Shown here piece by piece: positions 24,560-37,346 of a stretch of 64,000 bases of DNA. Every line of letters starts with the position of its first letter. Position 1 is the stretch's first letter. This DNA is from Felis catus (Eukaryota), in the NCBI RefSeq assembly GCF_018350175.1, contig NC_058368.1:50655815-50719814 (forward strand), given 5' to 3'. A model generated the notes under the pieces. The model did no database searches and had not been told where the DNA came from. It worked only from the letters and a program-made list of their open reading frames with translations. The position numbers were made by a program, and so were the translations under genes.

Positions 24560-25120
24560 GGAGAGGAATTGCATTCAGCAGTGAGTATAGAATTGCAAAA
24601 ACAGACAAAAACACACCTTAGAAATATTCAAAGATTTATTTCCTTCCAGTGGGAAATCTGGACATAGGCTTGTAGAGCACTGCCATTGTATCCTTGGAAA
24701 TCTAACTTCTTTCTGGTCCACTAGCTTTAGCAAAGGATTGTCATTCAAATTCAAGGTCATTTAAGTCATCTGGACTCTGAGGCTCCAGTCCCTGTCTTTA
24801 TTTCAGGCTGAAAGTAGGGGAAGTGACAACTAGGTCCATAGTAACTGAATCTTCCCCATTTTAAAATTTTTCCCAGTGGGTGTTGTATGGAAACCAATTT
24901 GACGATAAATTATATTAAATTTTTTTTTTCCCAGAAGGTCGAGCCAACTTTTTTATTCATGTCTCACTGATCAGATCTTGGGTTATTTAACCACCCTATC
25001 TGCAAAGGAGTCTAGGAACGTCATTTTTTTTTTTTTTTTTTTTTATTGAGCTCATTGCTGTCCTCCCCCAACAAGCCAGAGTAAAGAAGTGGCAAAGTGA
25101 CAAGAAACTAGCAGTGCTCA
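24560..25120 (-). mobile_element. Old MaLR LTR (MLT1J/K/L-like), hosting a micro-L1
   Basis: ttcccagaagg..tctcactgatcaga..accctatctgcaaaggagtctaggaa. Confidence 0.5.
24877..24919 (+). mobile_element. About 40-bp felid L1 3' terminus
   Basis: tgggtgttgtatggaaaccaatttgacgataaat matches the L1 end at 41595-41630; flanked by aaa(t)ncccag on both sides. Confidence 0.85.
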
Positions 25121-25391
25121 ATTCTCAGCAAATGTCAACTCCTTTCTCAGGCAAGAACTACAGATCAATGCCTGACAGAGTAGTGGGTGGCTAATCCAGA
25201 AACCTATTTATTTTGTGGACTTGTGCTGGAAACCACAAGTATATCACAGACTTCCCAACCTGGTGAAGTAGCACTTGGGCAGAGTAGGAAAATGAATGTG
25301 CAGTTGACTTAGACTTAGATGCTGAACCGGGTCAGGTTTGTCCTGCAGTCCCTGCCTGTGTGCATTTTCTCTCATCCTTAGCTTCCTCGGG

Positions 25392-26271
25392 CAGTCAATC
25401 CTTAGTATTCGAAGATGCCATATTTGAGAATTTGCCTCAATTTTAACATTTATTTGCAACCCCAAAATTAATCCTTATGGGGCTTCCGTTAAGTTCATTC
25501 GCAGACATGTGCAGAGCAAAGTTCTAGTTACCTGACTTGCATGTTCACACCTGACTTTAAAAAGGTTGTCCTAGGGGCACCTGGGTGGCTCAGTCGGTTA
25601 AGCGTCCGACTTCGGCTCAGGTCACCATCTCACGGTATGTGGGTTCGAGCCCCGCGTCGGGCTCTGTGCTGACTGCTCAGAGCCTGGAGCCTGTTTCAGA
25701 TTCTGTGTCTCCCTCTCTCTCTCTGACCCTCCCCCGTTCATGCTCTGTCTCTCTCTGTCTCAAAAATAAATAAATGTTAAAAAAAAATTAAAAAAAAAAA
25801 CAAAAACAAGAAAGGTTGTCCTCTGCCATCTCATTTCAGCTTTCTCATAATATAAACATGTATCCACTTTTCGGTCTTTACTGCCACTTCTTTCTCATTT
25901 TTGTTGGTGTTTTGTTGTTTAAATGACTCCAACTATGCCGCTGAAGTGCTGTCTTGTGTTCCTAAGTGGAAAAGGGCTGCTATGTGCCTTATGGAGAAAA
26001 TACCTCTGGCAGATAAGCTTCATTCAGGCATGACTTATAGAGTCATTGGCCATGGGTTCAATGTTAATGAGTCAACAATATATGTTAAATGGTGTCCTGA
26101 TAAACAGAAACATGTAGAACAAGGTTATGGATTGCTTAGTTGATAAAAATGTTGTTACCAGAGGCTAGAAACTTAATCCTGTATGTCCCGGAGATGGCTC
26201 ACTATTCACGAATTCAGTGTTTGTGGCAACTTTATAGGACATCAACTACCAAGAATAATGAGAATTGGCTG
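25392..26271 (-). mobile_element. TcMar-Tigger non-autonomous element (MER82-like), interrupted by a SINE
   Basis: Ends cagtcaatcctTAGTATTCG and gaataatgagaattggctg followed by TA; internal transposase-like remnant (ggagaaaata..gataagcttcattcaggcatgacttatag). Confidence 0.82.
25574..25810 (+). mobile_element. Can-SINE
   Basis: Full SINE; TSD aaaggttgtcct. Confidence 0.97.
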
Positions 26272-29147
26272 TATGTCTCTACCTCTTTACACTGTAACTT
26301 TGTGGAGAGAAGCTCAAAGGAACATTCTCAAGCCAGTCAGCAGACTCCACAGTAACATGTTACACTAAAGACTATTCAATATCCTATACAAATGCAAGGA
26401 ACTATGGAGACACAAGATGACCAAAACCCATCACTTGCCCTTTAGAAGCTTACGGTTGTTGAAAGAGGCAAATACATACAGTTAAGTGAAAAGTAGACTG
26501 TGATAAAAGCTATGCTTTGAATGAAATAAACCTTTGCTTATTTAACAAATTGGCAAAAGTGGGGCTCGTACATCCCCTTTCATTTTGCCTTTAAAAATAA
26601 AAATGTTAAAGCCTTATTACATAACTTTAACAAAAATTAGTTCTTCTACAAGGTTCATACTGTCATCATTTATCTCTACAAGTAACAATGGGGCTCACCA
26701 TTTAGGAAATATAATACAAGTGATATATTTCAATTTTTGGAATAATTCTGCCAGTGTATTTCAACAAAAATAAGCTCTTCGTTTAGTTAAATTTTGGTTC
26801 TGATATTGTCTTTGATTTATTCAAAATCTTCCCTCTATTATAACTTTACAGCATTTGTAACTCCTCAATATTTTCCTTTTTATCAGTAATTTAAGTCTGA
26901 CTTATGACTTCCATTTGTTCCTACTTCCTTCTTATTCTTCCCTGGTCCATCTTCTCTAATACCGGAAGCTTATATCACCTCATGATATGAATCTAGTTAT
27001 TCTAGTTATCCTCCAATCATTTCAGATGAAGTTGCCCTTGGCAACTTAATCTTTTACGTAACTGGCAAAATGTCATAAGACGTCCTTGACTGTGTGTCAT
27101 AGTGAAGCACCTTAAATAGGACTCTGCATATAATGTTTGGAATGAATTTCAATTTTCAGCTCTTCAGTTTTTAGCTGAACCACTGAATTAAAATGTTTTT
27201 CTACATTTCTTCCATGATATTTTGAATTTAAATGAATCATTCTACTTTTTATTATATTATAATTGGAAGACAATCTTCAAGCAAAGGATTAGCCACTCTT
27301 GCTGTGTTTCAAAGATAAATTGCACTGGGATAAAAATTGCCCCCTAAAGAGTAAGTTTTGTTTTCTGAGATATGTTCTTGTTAATGTCTTCTAACCACAT
27401 GAATGTCTAACTAAAGAGGGCATTGATCCACCATTAATAGTGTTTTCTATTTTACCTAGAGTACGGTCACCACTAAATAGGAATGACATCAGTGTAGTAA
27501 GGATGTAAATTGTGACCAAATTAAATGCCTTATTTTGCCTTCATTGTTGGAGACATGAACCAGATGGCCTCCATTCACATGTCTAGATTGATCAAATAGA
27601 AGACTGCAGTTTCCTTCAGACTGAGTCTTATTGACACTTAGATGTATAAAAGAGTTCTCAGAGCTTACAACAGAAACACAAAGACAAAGGATTCTAACAC
27701 TGAGCTCTCCCTTAGCTAACAAGCACTGGTTTTGAAGCAGGAGCGTGAACTAAACTTCCTTCCAAATGAATCATAACAACTGGGTCTCTATTTTTGAAAG
27801 AGTACAATAATGCCTCCGTTGTTAAGCGTTATAGGAACCACATATTTCTTCCATGTCTTTCTCTTCTTCAGTGTGCAACTTTCTAGCCACTGTTGCTTCT
27901 TCTATGGGCTAGTCATGATTGAATTCTCTAAATGATGTATTTCAGTGTTATTGCTTAAAATTATACTGCACTTTCTGCTGTGTTTGAAACGCTATGTTTT
28001 GAAGAAGAACATGGGGAATAAGCTTGGACCTCTATGAATGTGATGATTATGTGCCACTGAAAGGCAAAGTTACCCTCAGCCTTCAACACACTAATAACAC
28101 ATTTAGTATCTCTGCTCCTCCTCTGCAGAGCTGAGACTGAGAGACAATGTGCAGAGGAATTGGAGGCCCATAGATCTCACAGAAGATGTGTCTCGCTATG
28201 GAACATTGACTCTATTCATTAGCCCAACTGTTTGAAAAGCACTTTTCCAGGGCCTCATACATGACAAGTCAAGGGCAAGGAGGGCAAGTTACGAAGAAGC
28301 AAAAGACATGATCCCTGTTCTTAGAAAAACTAAATATACATTAGGAGAATCAAAGATGCTAAAAAGGAATAAAAGGAAATGTTAAAATAAGGTTTGAATC
28401 TAGAATTGTGGGAGGAGACACTGGTTTTAAATGCAATCCCAGTGGCCCTCAAGGGAGAAAGGCAGGGAAAGATGGAAGAGACCTCAATGAAGCAGAAAGT
28501 CAGCTGTGTGTTTCCTTTATGTCTGTTTCGTTTTCAGTTGCCAAGTTTCTAGCCAGTGGCGCCTGTTCTACTGCCTCCTCTTCTGTTTTCCCATTTTTTT
28601 CCCTTTTCTTTTATTTTCCACCCGGCTAATTAGTATCCTTTGATGAATTTCTTTTTCCTTGACGAGGTCCGCCTACACAATGAAAATCCGAATTTGTCAG
28701 AGTTCTTGAAGGCCAACAGAAGAGCTCCTTCCTTCCCATAATACAGCAACAGGCATAAACTTGAGCATATTGAGTTGTTTCATACCCAGAGTTTTGTTTC
28801 CCCACATCAAACAGAAAATGTCTAGTTTTATCACTCTTTGAGTTTTTGACTTTGCAGAGAGCTGTCTTACAGATAACTGTATTACTGTTGACTTTCTGTT
28901 TTAAAAAAGAAAAAAAGAAAGGAAAGAAGGTTTTTTTAAACTTAACAGTAAAGGTAGTTGTACTTTAATTTGCAAGAAAAGTTAGTTCACAGTCAAATCT
29001 TGGCACTATTTTACTCATAAAAAGATTTACTTTTCCCCAAAGATTAAAGTTTTATATGTCTTTTTCAAATATTTTTAAAAACCATGTAGTGAAGAAAATA
29101 TTCACTCATGATGCCATTATTAAAAATCAAACATTTTTATTTTAGTC

Positions 29148-29149
<2 letters not shown>

Positions 29150-29191
<42 letters not shown>
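29150..29191. repeat. (TG)n microsatellite
   Basis: Read directly from the sequence. Confidence 0.97.
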
Positions 29192-29192
<1 letters not shown>

Positions 29193-29267
29193 TGTCCTGT
29201 GATTAGCTAGCTATGCATTGCATTTTTATATAGTTGAAATTAAACAACCATCATTGTGTATTTTGCC

Positions 29268-30700
29268 CTTTTAAACAGCTTTATTTAGGAATATTAAACT
29301 TATAATGAACTACACATTAAAGGCGTACAATTGAAATATCTTGACAAATAGATATATTGGTAAACCCTCACCACAATCAAGATAATGAACGTATATATAC
29401 ATCACCTCCCCAAATTCCTCAGACCCTTTTATTATCCCTCCTACCTGAACTTCTAGGCTTCTACTATTATAAGACAACAGCTGATCTGCTTTCTGTCACT
29501 ATACAACTTGCATTTTCTAAAGTCTGGTATAAATAGGATCATGCACTCTGTATTCTTTTGGTGGGTGGTGGGTCTGGCTTCTTTTGCCCAGGCATTTTAG
29601 TAAGTACGTGGTATTATCTTATTATGCCTTTCATTTGATTTTCCCTAATGGCTAAATGTATCAAGCATATGCTTTTATTATCATTGATCTCTCTGTTTGG
29701 GTGAAGTGTCTATGCAAACGGTCCATTTTGCAAATGGGTTGGTTTCTTATTATTGAGTTTTGAAGGTGATGTGGAACCACCAAGCAAATGGTCAAGAAAG
29801 AATTCTTGAAATGTTTTTGGTGCAAAAAGGTGCTTTTATTATAGCATGGGGACAAGACCAGTGGGCAGACAGAGCTGTGATTATGAGGTGTGCCTTATTA
29901 TATATTTTTAGGGTGAGGGGAATAGAGATAAGGGAAGTCTCTAAAGGGATTTCCATACGTTAAAGAAGACTTACAATGTCCTGGAAGTCTGGCTGTTGTC
30001 AGGCTAAGGTTGTTTTTAGTCTCTAGCAAAACACCAAGAGTAATAAGGCAGCTATGAATTCCTTGAGGAATATGGAACTCTGCATGGTCTCAAGTATTTA
30101 TCAATGGGCTGCAAGTTGTAAGGAAATTTAATTTTATCTACATTTCTCTTGCCTTTGTCCTCCTCCTCAGAAAGTTCTTTTTATACTTTGAATACAAGTC
30201 TTTTTACAGACATTTGATTTGCAAATATCTTCTCCAAGTATGTAGTTTACCTTTTCATTCTCTGAGCAGTGTCTTAAAAAGAAGTGGAATTTTTAATTTT
30301 GATGAACTCCAATTTAGCAGTTTTTTTTTTTTCATTTTAGATAGTGTTTTGGATGTTGTATTTAAGAAATCTTTGCCTAAGCCAAGGTCAAAATTTCTCT
30401 CCTATGTTTTCTTCTAAAAGTTTTATAGTTTTAGGTTTTCAGTATACGATCCATTTGGTGTTAATTTTAGTATATGGTACAAGATGTGGATTGAATTTCT
30501 TCTTGTGTTTTTGCACAGGCATGTACATTTGCTGAAAGATTACCCTTTCCCTCACTAAATTCCTTTGGCACCTTTGCTCAAAGCAGTTGTCCATGAGTGT
30601 GATCTAGTTCTCAATTTTCTATTCTATTTGATTGATCTATTTCTCTGTTTTAACACCATTACTACTTAATATTTATACATGAGATTGTTGATATTATTGC
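29268..30700 (-). mobile_element. L1MB/L1MC-type 3' region, interrupted by an LTR
   Basis: aacagctttatt..accacaatcaagataatgaac; gatttgcaaatatcttctcc; ttttcttctaaaagttttatagttttagg. Confidence 0.8.
29767..30169 (-). mobile_element. ERV1-type solo LTR (carnivore), 403 bp
   Basis: TG..CA termini; AATAAA on the minus strand; host L1 resumes across it with gaagg/gaaag as a candidate TSD. Confidence 0.75.
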
Positions 30701-30748
30701 TTTAAAATTTACAGCCTTACTATTTGTCCTTAAAAAAAAAAATAAAGA

Positions 30749-30977
30749 GGGGCGCCTGGGTGGCGCAGTCGGTTAAGCGTCCAACTTCAGCCAGGTCACG
30801 ATCTCGCGGTCCGTGAGTTCGAGCCCCGCGTCGGGCTCTGGGCTGATGGCTCAGAGCCTGGAGCCTGTTTCTGATTCTGTGTCTCCCTCTCTCTGCCCCT
30901 CCCCCGTTCATGGTCTGTCTCTCTCTGTCCCAAAAATAAATAAAAAACGTTGAAAAAAAAATTTAAAAAAAAAAAAA
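30749..30977 (+). mobile_element. Young SINEC_Fc-type Can-SINE
   Basis: Nearly identical to 22015-22240; TSD (A)n-taaaga. Confidence 0.98.
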
Positions 30978-31115
30978 TAAAGAAATCCCATATGTTTTTG
31001 TTTCGTGCTAGACTCCAATGCTATCTCTAGAAATGCCTGGGGGCACTCACCTGGGCCTCTGTGAGCTTCCCACAGACCTATCCTCTTTCCAAACCATTGC
31101 AATTGTTTCAACCCT

Positions 31116-31600
31116 TGTGGTTTATATTACGATTGCAAGACAAGATGACCATTAGGAAACTTTGAAGCTTTTTATTACTTACAACTTTGAAGCTTTTTAT
31201 TACTTACAAGCCCTGGAGAATACAAAGGCTGCCAGGGGACACACAGCAAGGTAGCCACTAGAAAGAGAGTTCCCATTAGCTCTGGGGTTCTGTTTTTATT
31301 GGGGTTCAGAGAGGGTGCCTGGTAAATTTAAAACATAAAAGCGCATAATTGAAGCATGGGAAAAGAAAAAACAAGTGGCACAAATGGTCAGTGATTGAAA
31401 TCGACCGGGATCTAGAAAACAAAGAAGCCTCAGTGGGGAAAGGCTGCCTGGCTCTTTATCTAGTCAGGACTGGCAACTTGTTAATTCCAGGTAGGCTTTG
31501 TTGAAGCAGATGTCTCTTTGAAGTGGATGCTTCCACAAGCAAAGCTTAGGTCAGGCACTTGCATTACGTAAAGAAGCCAACAGTCAGGTTTTAGGCTATA
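31116..31600 (-). mobile_element. Probable ERV/ERVL solo LTR
   Basis: Begins tgt; tttattacttacaa motif; composition differs from the surrounding L1; family not identified. Confidence 0.5.
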
Positions 31601-31604
31601 GTTC

Positions 31605-32320
31605 CTATTTTGTTTTTCCTCATTTTTCTTTTGCCTTTTTTGGTATGAATTGAGTATATTTTATGATTCCATTTTATTATATTTGTTGGCTCACCCAGCT
31701 ATAAATCTTTCGATGTTATTTTAGTTTGTGGTTAATTATTTTTTTGTTTGCAGCATATCTGTTATCACTGGCTGCCCTCCAGTTCATTATACCGCTGCAC
31801 AGGTAGTATAAGAACCTTGCAAAAATATACTTCCATTTCGCGTCTTCAAACCTATGTGATATAATTATCAGACATTTTATTCCTATGTGTTATAAACATC
31901 ATAATACATTATCACCTTTTAACAATTAAAATTTTTAAAGATTTGGGGTGCCTGGTAGCTCAGTCAGTTAAGTATCCGACTCTTCATTTCGGTTCAGGTC
32001 ATGATCTCCAGGTTCTTGAGATTGAGCCCCGCGCTGGGCTCCACACTGACAGCATTCTCTCTCTCTCTGCCTCTCCTCAACTCACACATGTGCTCTCTCT
32101 CTCTCAAAATAAATAAATTTAAATTTTTTTAAGGTTTAAATAAGAAAAAAAATTTCAATTTTAATTTTAATTATGGCTGTAGTAGTTACACTTTTGCTGC
32201 TCTGTCCTTCTTTGTGCAGATCTGTATTTCAATCTGGTATAATTTGTCTTCCGTGTGAATGACCTCCTTTAGCATTCTTCGTAACACGTTTCTGTTGTTG
32301 ATGAATTCTTTAAAGGTTTT
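31605..32320 (-). mobile_element. Old L1M fragment (inter-ORF region)
   Basis: atattttatgattccatttt; cctttagcattcttcgtaa..tctgttgttgatgaattcttt. Confidence 0.6.
31945..32118 (+). mobile_element. Can-SINE (internally deleted)
   Basis: ggggtgcctggtagctcagtcagttaagtatccgactctt..ctcaaaataaataaa. Confidence 0.92.
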
Positions 32321-33644
32321 GCATGTTTGCATATAGCTTTCTGAATTAGCATCTTCATTTTCTTTGGGTAAATACCCAGTAGTTTAATTACTGGATCCTA
32401 TGGTGATTCTGTTTTTAATTTTTTGAGGAACCTCCATAGTGTTATCCACAGTGGGTGCACCAGTTTGCATTCCCACCAACAGTGCACAAGGGTTCCCTTT
32501 TCTTCACCTCCTCACCAACACTTGTTGTTTCGTGTGTTTGATTTTAGCCATTTTGACAGGTGTGAGGTGATATCTTGTGGTTTTGATTTGTATTTGCCTG
32601 ATGATGAGTGATTTTGAGCATCTTATCATGTGTCTGTTGGTCATCTGCATGCCTTCTTTGGAGAAATGTCTTCATGTCCTCTGCTCGTGTCTTAATTGGA
32701 TTATTATTATTATTATTATTATTATTTGGTTTTCAGTTGTATACGATCTTTATGTATTTTGGAACTAACCCTTTTTTCGGATACGTCACCTGCAAATATC
32801 TTCTTCTGTTCAGTAACTTGTCTTTTAGTTGTTTTTTTTATTGTTTTCCTTCACTGTGTAGAGCTTTTTATTTTGATGTAGTCTCAATAGCTTATTTTTG
32901 CTTTTGTTTCCTTTGCCTCAGGAGACATATCTGGAAAAACGTTGCTACAGCTGATGTCAGAGAAATTACTGCCTGTGCTCTCTTCTAGAATTTTTATGGT
33001 TTCAGTTTTCCCATTGAGGTCTTTAATCTATTTGAGTCTATTTTTGTGTGTGGTGTAAAAAAGTGGTCCAGTTTCATTGTTTTACATGTAGCTCTATAAT
33101 GTTCCCAACACTATTTGTTAAAGAGGTTGTCTTTTTCCTATTGCATACTTTTGCCTCCCTCTTCAAGATTAATTGACCATATAATCACGGGGTTATTTCT
33201 GAGCTCTGTATTCTGTTCCATTGATCTATGTGTCTGTTTTTGTGTCTGTACCACACTGTTTTGATTACCACAGCTGTGTACTATATCTTGAAACATGGGA
33301 TTGTGATGCTTTCAGCTTTGCTTTTCTTTTTCAAGATTGCTTTAGCTATTCTGGTCCTTTGTGATTCCATACAAATTTTAGGATTATTTCTCCTAGCTCT
33401 GTGAAAAATGTTGGTATTTTGATCAGGATTGCATTAAATCTACAGACTGCTTTGGATAGTATGGACATTTTAATAATATTTGTTCCTCCAAACTATGAAC
33501 CTGGAATATCCTTCTTTGTTTCTGTCATCTTCGATTACTTTCATCAATGCACAGTTTTCAGAGTATAGGTCTTTCACCCCCTGGTTAAGTTTATTCCTAG
33601 GTATATTATTATTTTTGGTACAATTGTAAATGAAATTATTTTCT

Positions 33645-33756
33645 TTTTTTTTTTTTAAGATTTTTTAAATGTAATCTCTACACCCTATGTAGGCTTGAAC
33701 TCAACTCTGAAATCAAGAGTTGCATGCTCTATCATGTGAGCCAGCCAGGTGTCCCA
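33645..33756 (-). mobile_element. Short old Can-SINE inside the L1
   Basis: ttttaagatttttt..aatctctacaccc..gagccagccaggtgtccc; attattttctt/attgttttctt TSD. Confidence 0.85.
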
Positions 33757-36700
33757 GGATTGTTTTCTTAATTTGTCTTTCTGCTAGTTCATTATTAGTG
33801 TATGGAAGTGCAACAAATTTCTCTATATTGACTTTGTATCCTGTGACTTTACTGAATCCATTTATCACTTCTAGTAGTTTTTGGTAAAGTGTTTAGCCTT
33901 TCTATGTATAGTATACTGTCATCTGCAAGTAGTGAAAGTTGTATTTCTTCCTTACCAGTTTGTATGCCTTTTATTTCTTTTTCTTTTCTGATTTCTTTTC
34001 TTTTCTGATTTCTTTTCTTGTCTGATTGAATGTGTACAACTTCCAGTACTATGTTAAATAAAAGTGATAAGAGTAGGTATCTTTTTTTTCTGATCTTAGA
34101 GGAAAAACTCTCAGTTTTTCATTATTGAGTATGATGTTAGCTATGGGTTTTTCATATATGGCTTTCTTATGTTGACTGATGTATGTTCCCTCTAAACCTA
34201 CTTTGTTGAGGGTTTTTATCATGAATGGATGTTTTACTTTGTCAAATGCTTTTTCTGCACCTCCTGAAATGATCACATGGCTTTTATCCTTTCTTTTGTT
34301 GATGTGATATATTATATTGATTGATTTGTGACTATTGAACTACCTTACAACCCATGAATGAATCCCATTTGATCATGGCAACTGATTTTTTAATATATTG
34401 TTGGATTTGGTTTGCTAATATTTTGTTGAAGACGTTTGCATCTATGTTCATCAGAGATATTGGCTTGTACTTTTCTCTTTCTGTAATGTATTTATATGGT
34501 TTTATATCAGGGTAATGCTCACCTTATACATGAATTTGGAAGCTTTCCTTTCTTTTCTATCTTTTGAAATAGTTTGAGAATAGGTATTAAATCTTTAAAC
34601 GTTTGGTAGAATTCACCTGTGAAGGCATCTGGTCTTGGACTTTTGTTTGTTGGATGTTTTCTTTTGATTATGATTCAATTTCATTACTGGTAATTCCTCT
34701 GTTCAAATTTGTCTGCTTCTTCCTTATTCAGTTTTGGGAGGTTATATATTTTAGGACTGATCCATTTCTTCTAGGTTGTCCAATTTGTTGGCATATAATT
34801 TTTCATAATATTCTCATAATCCTTTGTATTCTGTGATGTTGGTTGTTATTTCTACTCTTTCATTTCTGATTTTTATTTGAGTCCTCTCTCTCTTTTTGAT
34901 TCATCTAGCTAAATTTATCTATTTTGTAGATCTTTTCAAAGAATCAGCTTCTGGGTTCTTTGAACTATTGTATTGGTTTCAATTACTTTTTTTTGTTTCA
35001 TTTTTTAAAATTTCTGCTCTAATCTTACTCATTCCCTTCCTTCTACTGGTTTTGGATTTTGCTAGCTTTTCTTTCTCCAGCTCCTTTAGGTGTAATGTTA
35101 TGTTGTGTATTTGATATTTTTCTTGCTTCTTGAGGTGGACCTGTATTGCTTTACATTTTTTTCTTAGAACAGCTTTTGGTTCATCCCAGAGATTTTTGAC
35201 TGCTGTGTTTTCATTTTCATTTGTCTCCATACATTTCTGACTTCCTCTTTGATTTCTTGGTTGACCAATACATTGTTTTGTAGCTTATTAAACCTCCATA
35301 TGTGTTCTTTCCAGATTTTTTTTTCCTGTGGCTGATTTTTAGTTGCATAGCATTGTAATTGGAAAAATGCATGGTATGACTTCAATCTTTTTTTAACTTG
35401 TTGAGACTTGTTTTGTGGGCTAATATGGGACATATTCTGGAGTATGTTCCATGTGTACTGGAAAAAATTGTGCACTCTGCTGTTTGAGGATGGGATATTC
35501 CAAATATATTTGTTAAATCTATCTGGTCCAATGTGTCATTCAAAGCCACTGTTTGCTTATTGATTTTCTGTGTGGATAATATATCCATTGGTCTACCATG
35601 GGTGTCAAAGTCCCCTACTATCATTGTATTACTATTAATTAGTTCATTTATGTTGGTTCATAGCTTCTTTATGTATTTGTGTGCTTTCATGTTGGGTGCA
35701 TACATATTTACAATTGCGTCCTCTTGTTGAATTGTTTCCTCTTTGATCACATAGTGGCCTTCTTTGTCTCTTGTTAGTCTTTGTTTTAAAGCCCATTTTG
35801 TTCCATATAACTGTTGCTACCCTGGCTTTTTTTTCCACTTCCACTAGCATGATAAATACTTTTCCATCCCTTCACTTTCAATCTGCATGTGTCTTTAGGT
35901 CTGAAATGAGTCTCATGTAGGCAGTCTATAGATGGGTCTTGCTTTTTTATCCATTCCATCATGCTATGTCTTTGATTGGAGTGTTTATATTCTGAGTAAT
36001 TATTTGATAGGTATGTAGTTATTGCCATTTTGTTACTTATTTTGTGGTTTTTGTTTTTGGGGGTTTTTATTTGTTTGTTTTTTGTTTTTTTGTAGTTCTT
36101 CTCTGTTCTTTTCTTTGGTTCTCTTCTCTTATGGTTTGCTGGTTTTCCTTAGTGATATAGTTGGATTCCTTTCTCTTTATTTATTACTTATCTATTAGTA
36201 GTTTTAAATTTGTGATTACCATTGGATTTATATATAACATTTTATGAATATAGCAGTTTTATTAGGCTGATGGTCACTTATGTTTGAACCTTTTTGTTAG
36301 TCCTCTTCCCCCCACATTTTAGGATTGTGGTGACATACTTTACAGTCTTTGATTTTGTGATTCCCTTAGTTGATTTTTATAGATACACTTAATTCTATTG
36401 CTTTTGTGCTTCTACATTTCTTACTCCTACCAATGGTCTTTCCTTTCCACCTGAAGAGCCACCTCCAACATTTCTTATAGGGCTGATTTAGTGCTCATGA
36501 AATTCTTTAACTTTTGTTCATCTGAGAAGCTATTTATCTCTTTTTCTATTTTGAATAATAGCCTTGCTGGATAGAGTATACTTGGTTGCAGGTTTTTTCT
36601 TTCAGCACTTTGAATATATCATGACTCTCTCTCCTGGCCAGCCAACGTTCTGCTGAAAAATCAGCTGATATCTTTATGGGGTTTCCCTTGTATGTAACTG

Positions 36701-37121
36701 GTTTTTGTTTCTCTTGTTGCTTTTGAAATTCTCTCTTTATCACTACTTTTTGCCATTATAATTACTTTGTTTCTTGTCAGCCTCCTTGGGTTAATTTTGT
36801 TGGTTGCTCTTTGTGCCTCCTGATTCTGATTTTCTGTTTCCTTCCCAGATTCATAAAGTTTTTAGCCATTATATATTTAAATAAGTTTTCTGCTCCCTTT
36901 TCTCTCTTTTCTCCTTCTAGGATTCTCATAATCCAAATGTCATTACGCTTGATGGTATCAATGAATTTCATTTTTTTTAATTTCATTTTTTTTAATTCTC
37001 ATTTTTTTAATTACTTTTTTCTCTCACCTGTTCCACTTGATTACTTTCCATCACTCTAACCTCCAGGTTTCTTATTCTTTCTTCTTCTTCTACTAGTCTA
37101 CTATTTATTCCCTCTAGTGTG

Positions 37122-37346
37122 TTTTTTTATTTATTTATTTTTTACATTTATTCATTTTTGAGAGACAGAGAGAGACAGAGCACAAGCAGGGGAGGGGCAG
37201 AGAGAGAGAGGGAGACACAGAAGAAGCAGGCTCCAGGCTCCGAGTTATCAGCACAGAGCCCGACGTGGGGCTTGAACTCACAAACCGCCAGATCATGACC
37301 CGAGTTGAAGTCGGACGCACAACTGACTGAGCCACCCAGGCGCCCC
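37122..37346 (-). mobile_element. Can-SINE inside L1 ORF1
   Basis: Full SINE; TSD tccctctagtgtgttttt. Confidence 0.97.

Noticed and set aside
25585..25773. Recurrent MAQSVK..TSAQV peptides that look like a gene family
   Set aside because: All are translations of Can-SINE copies
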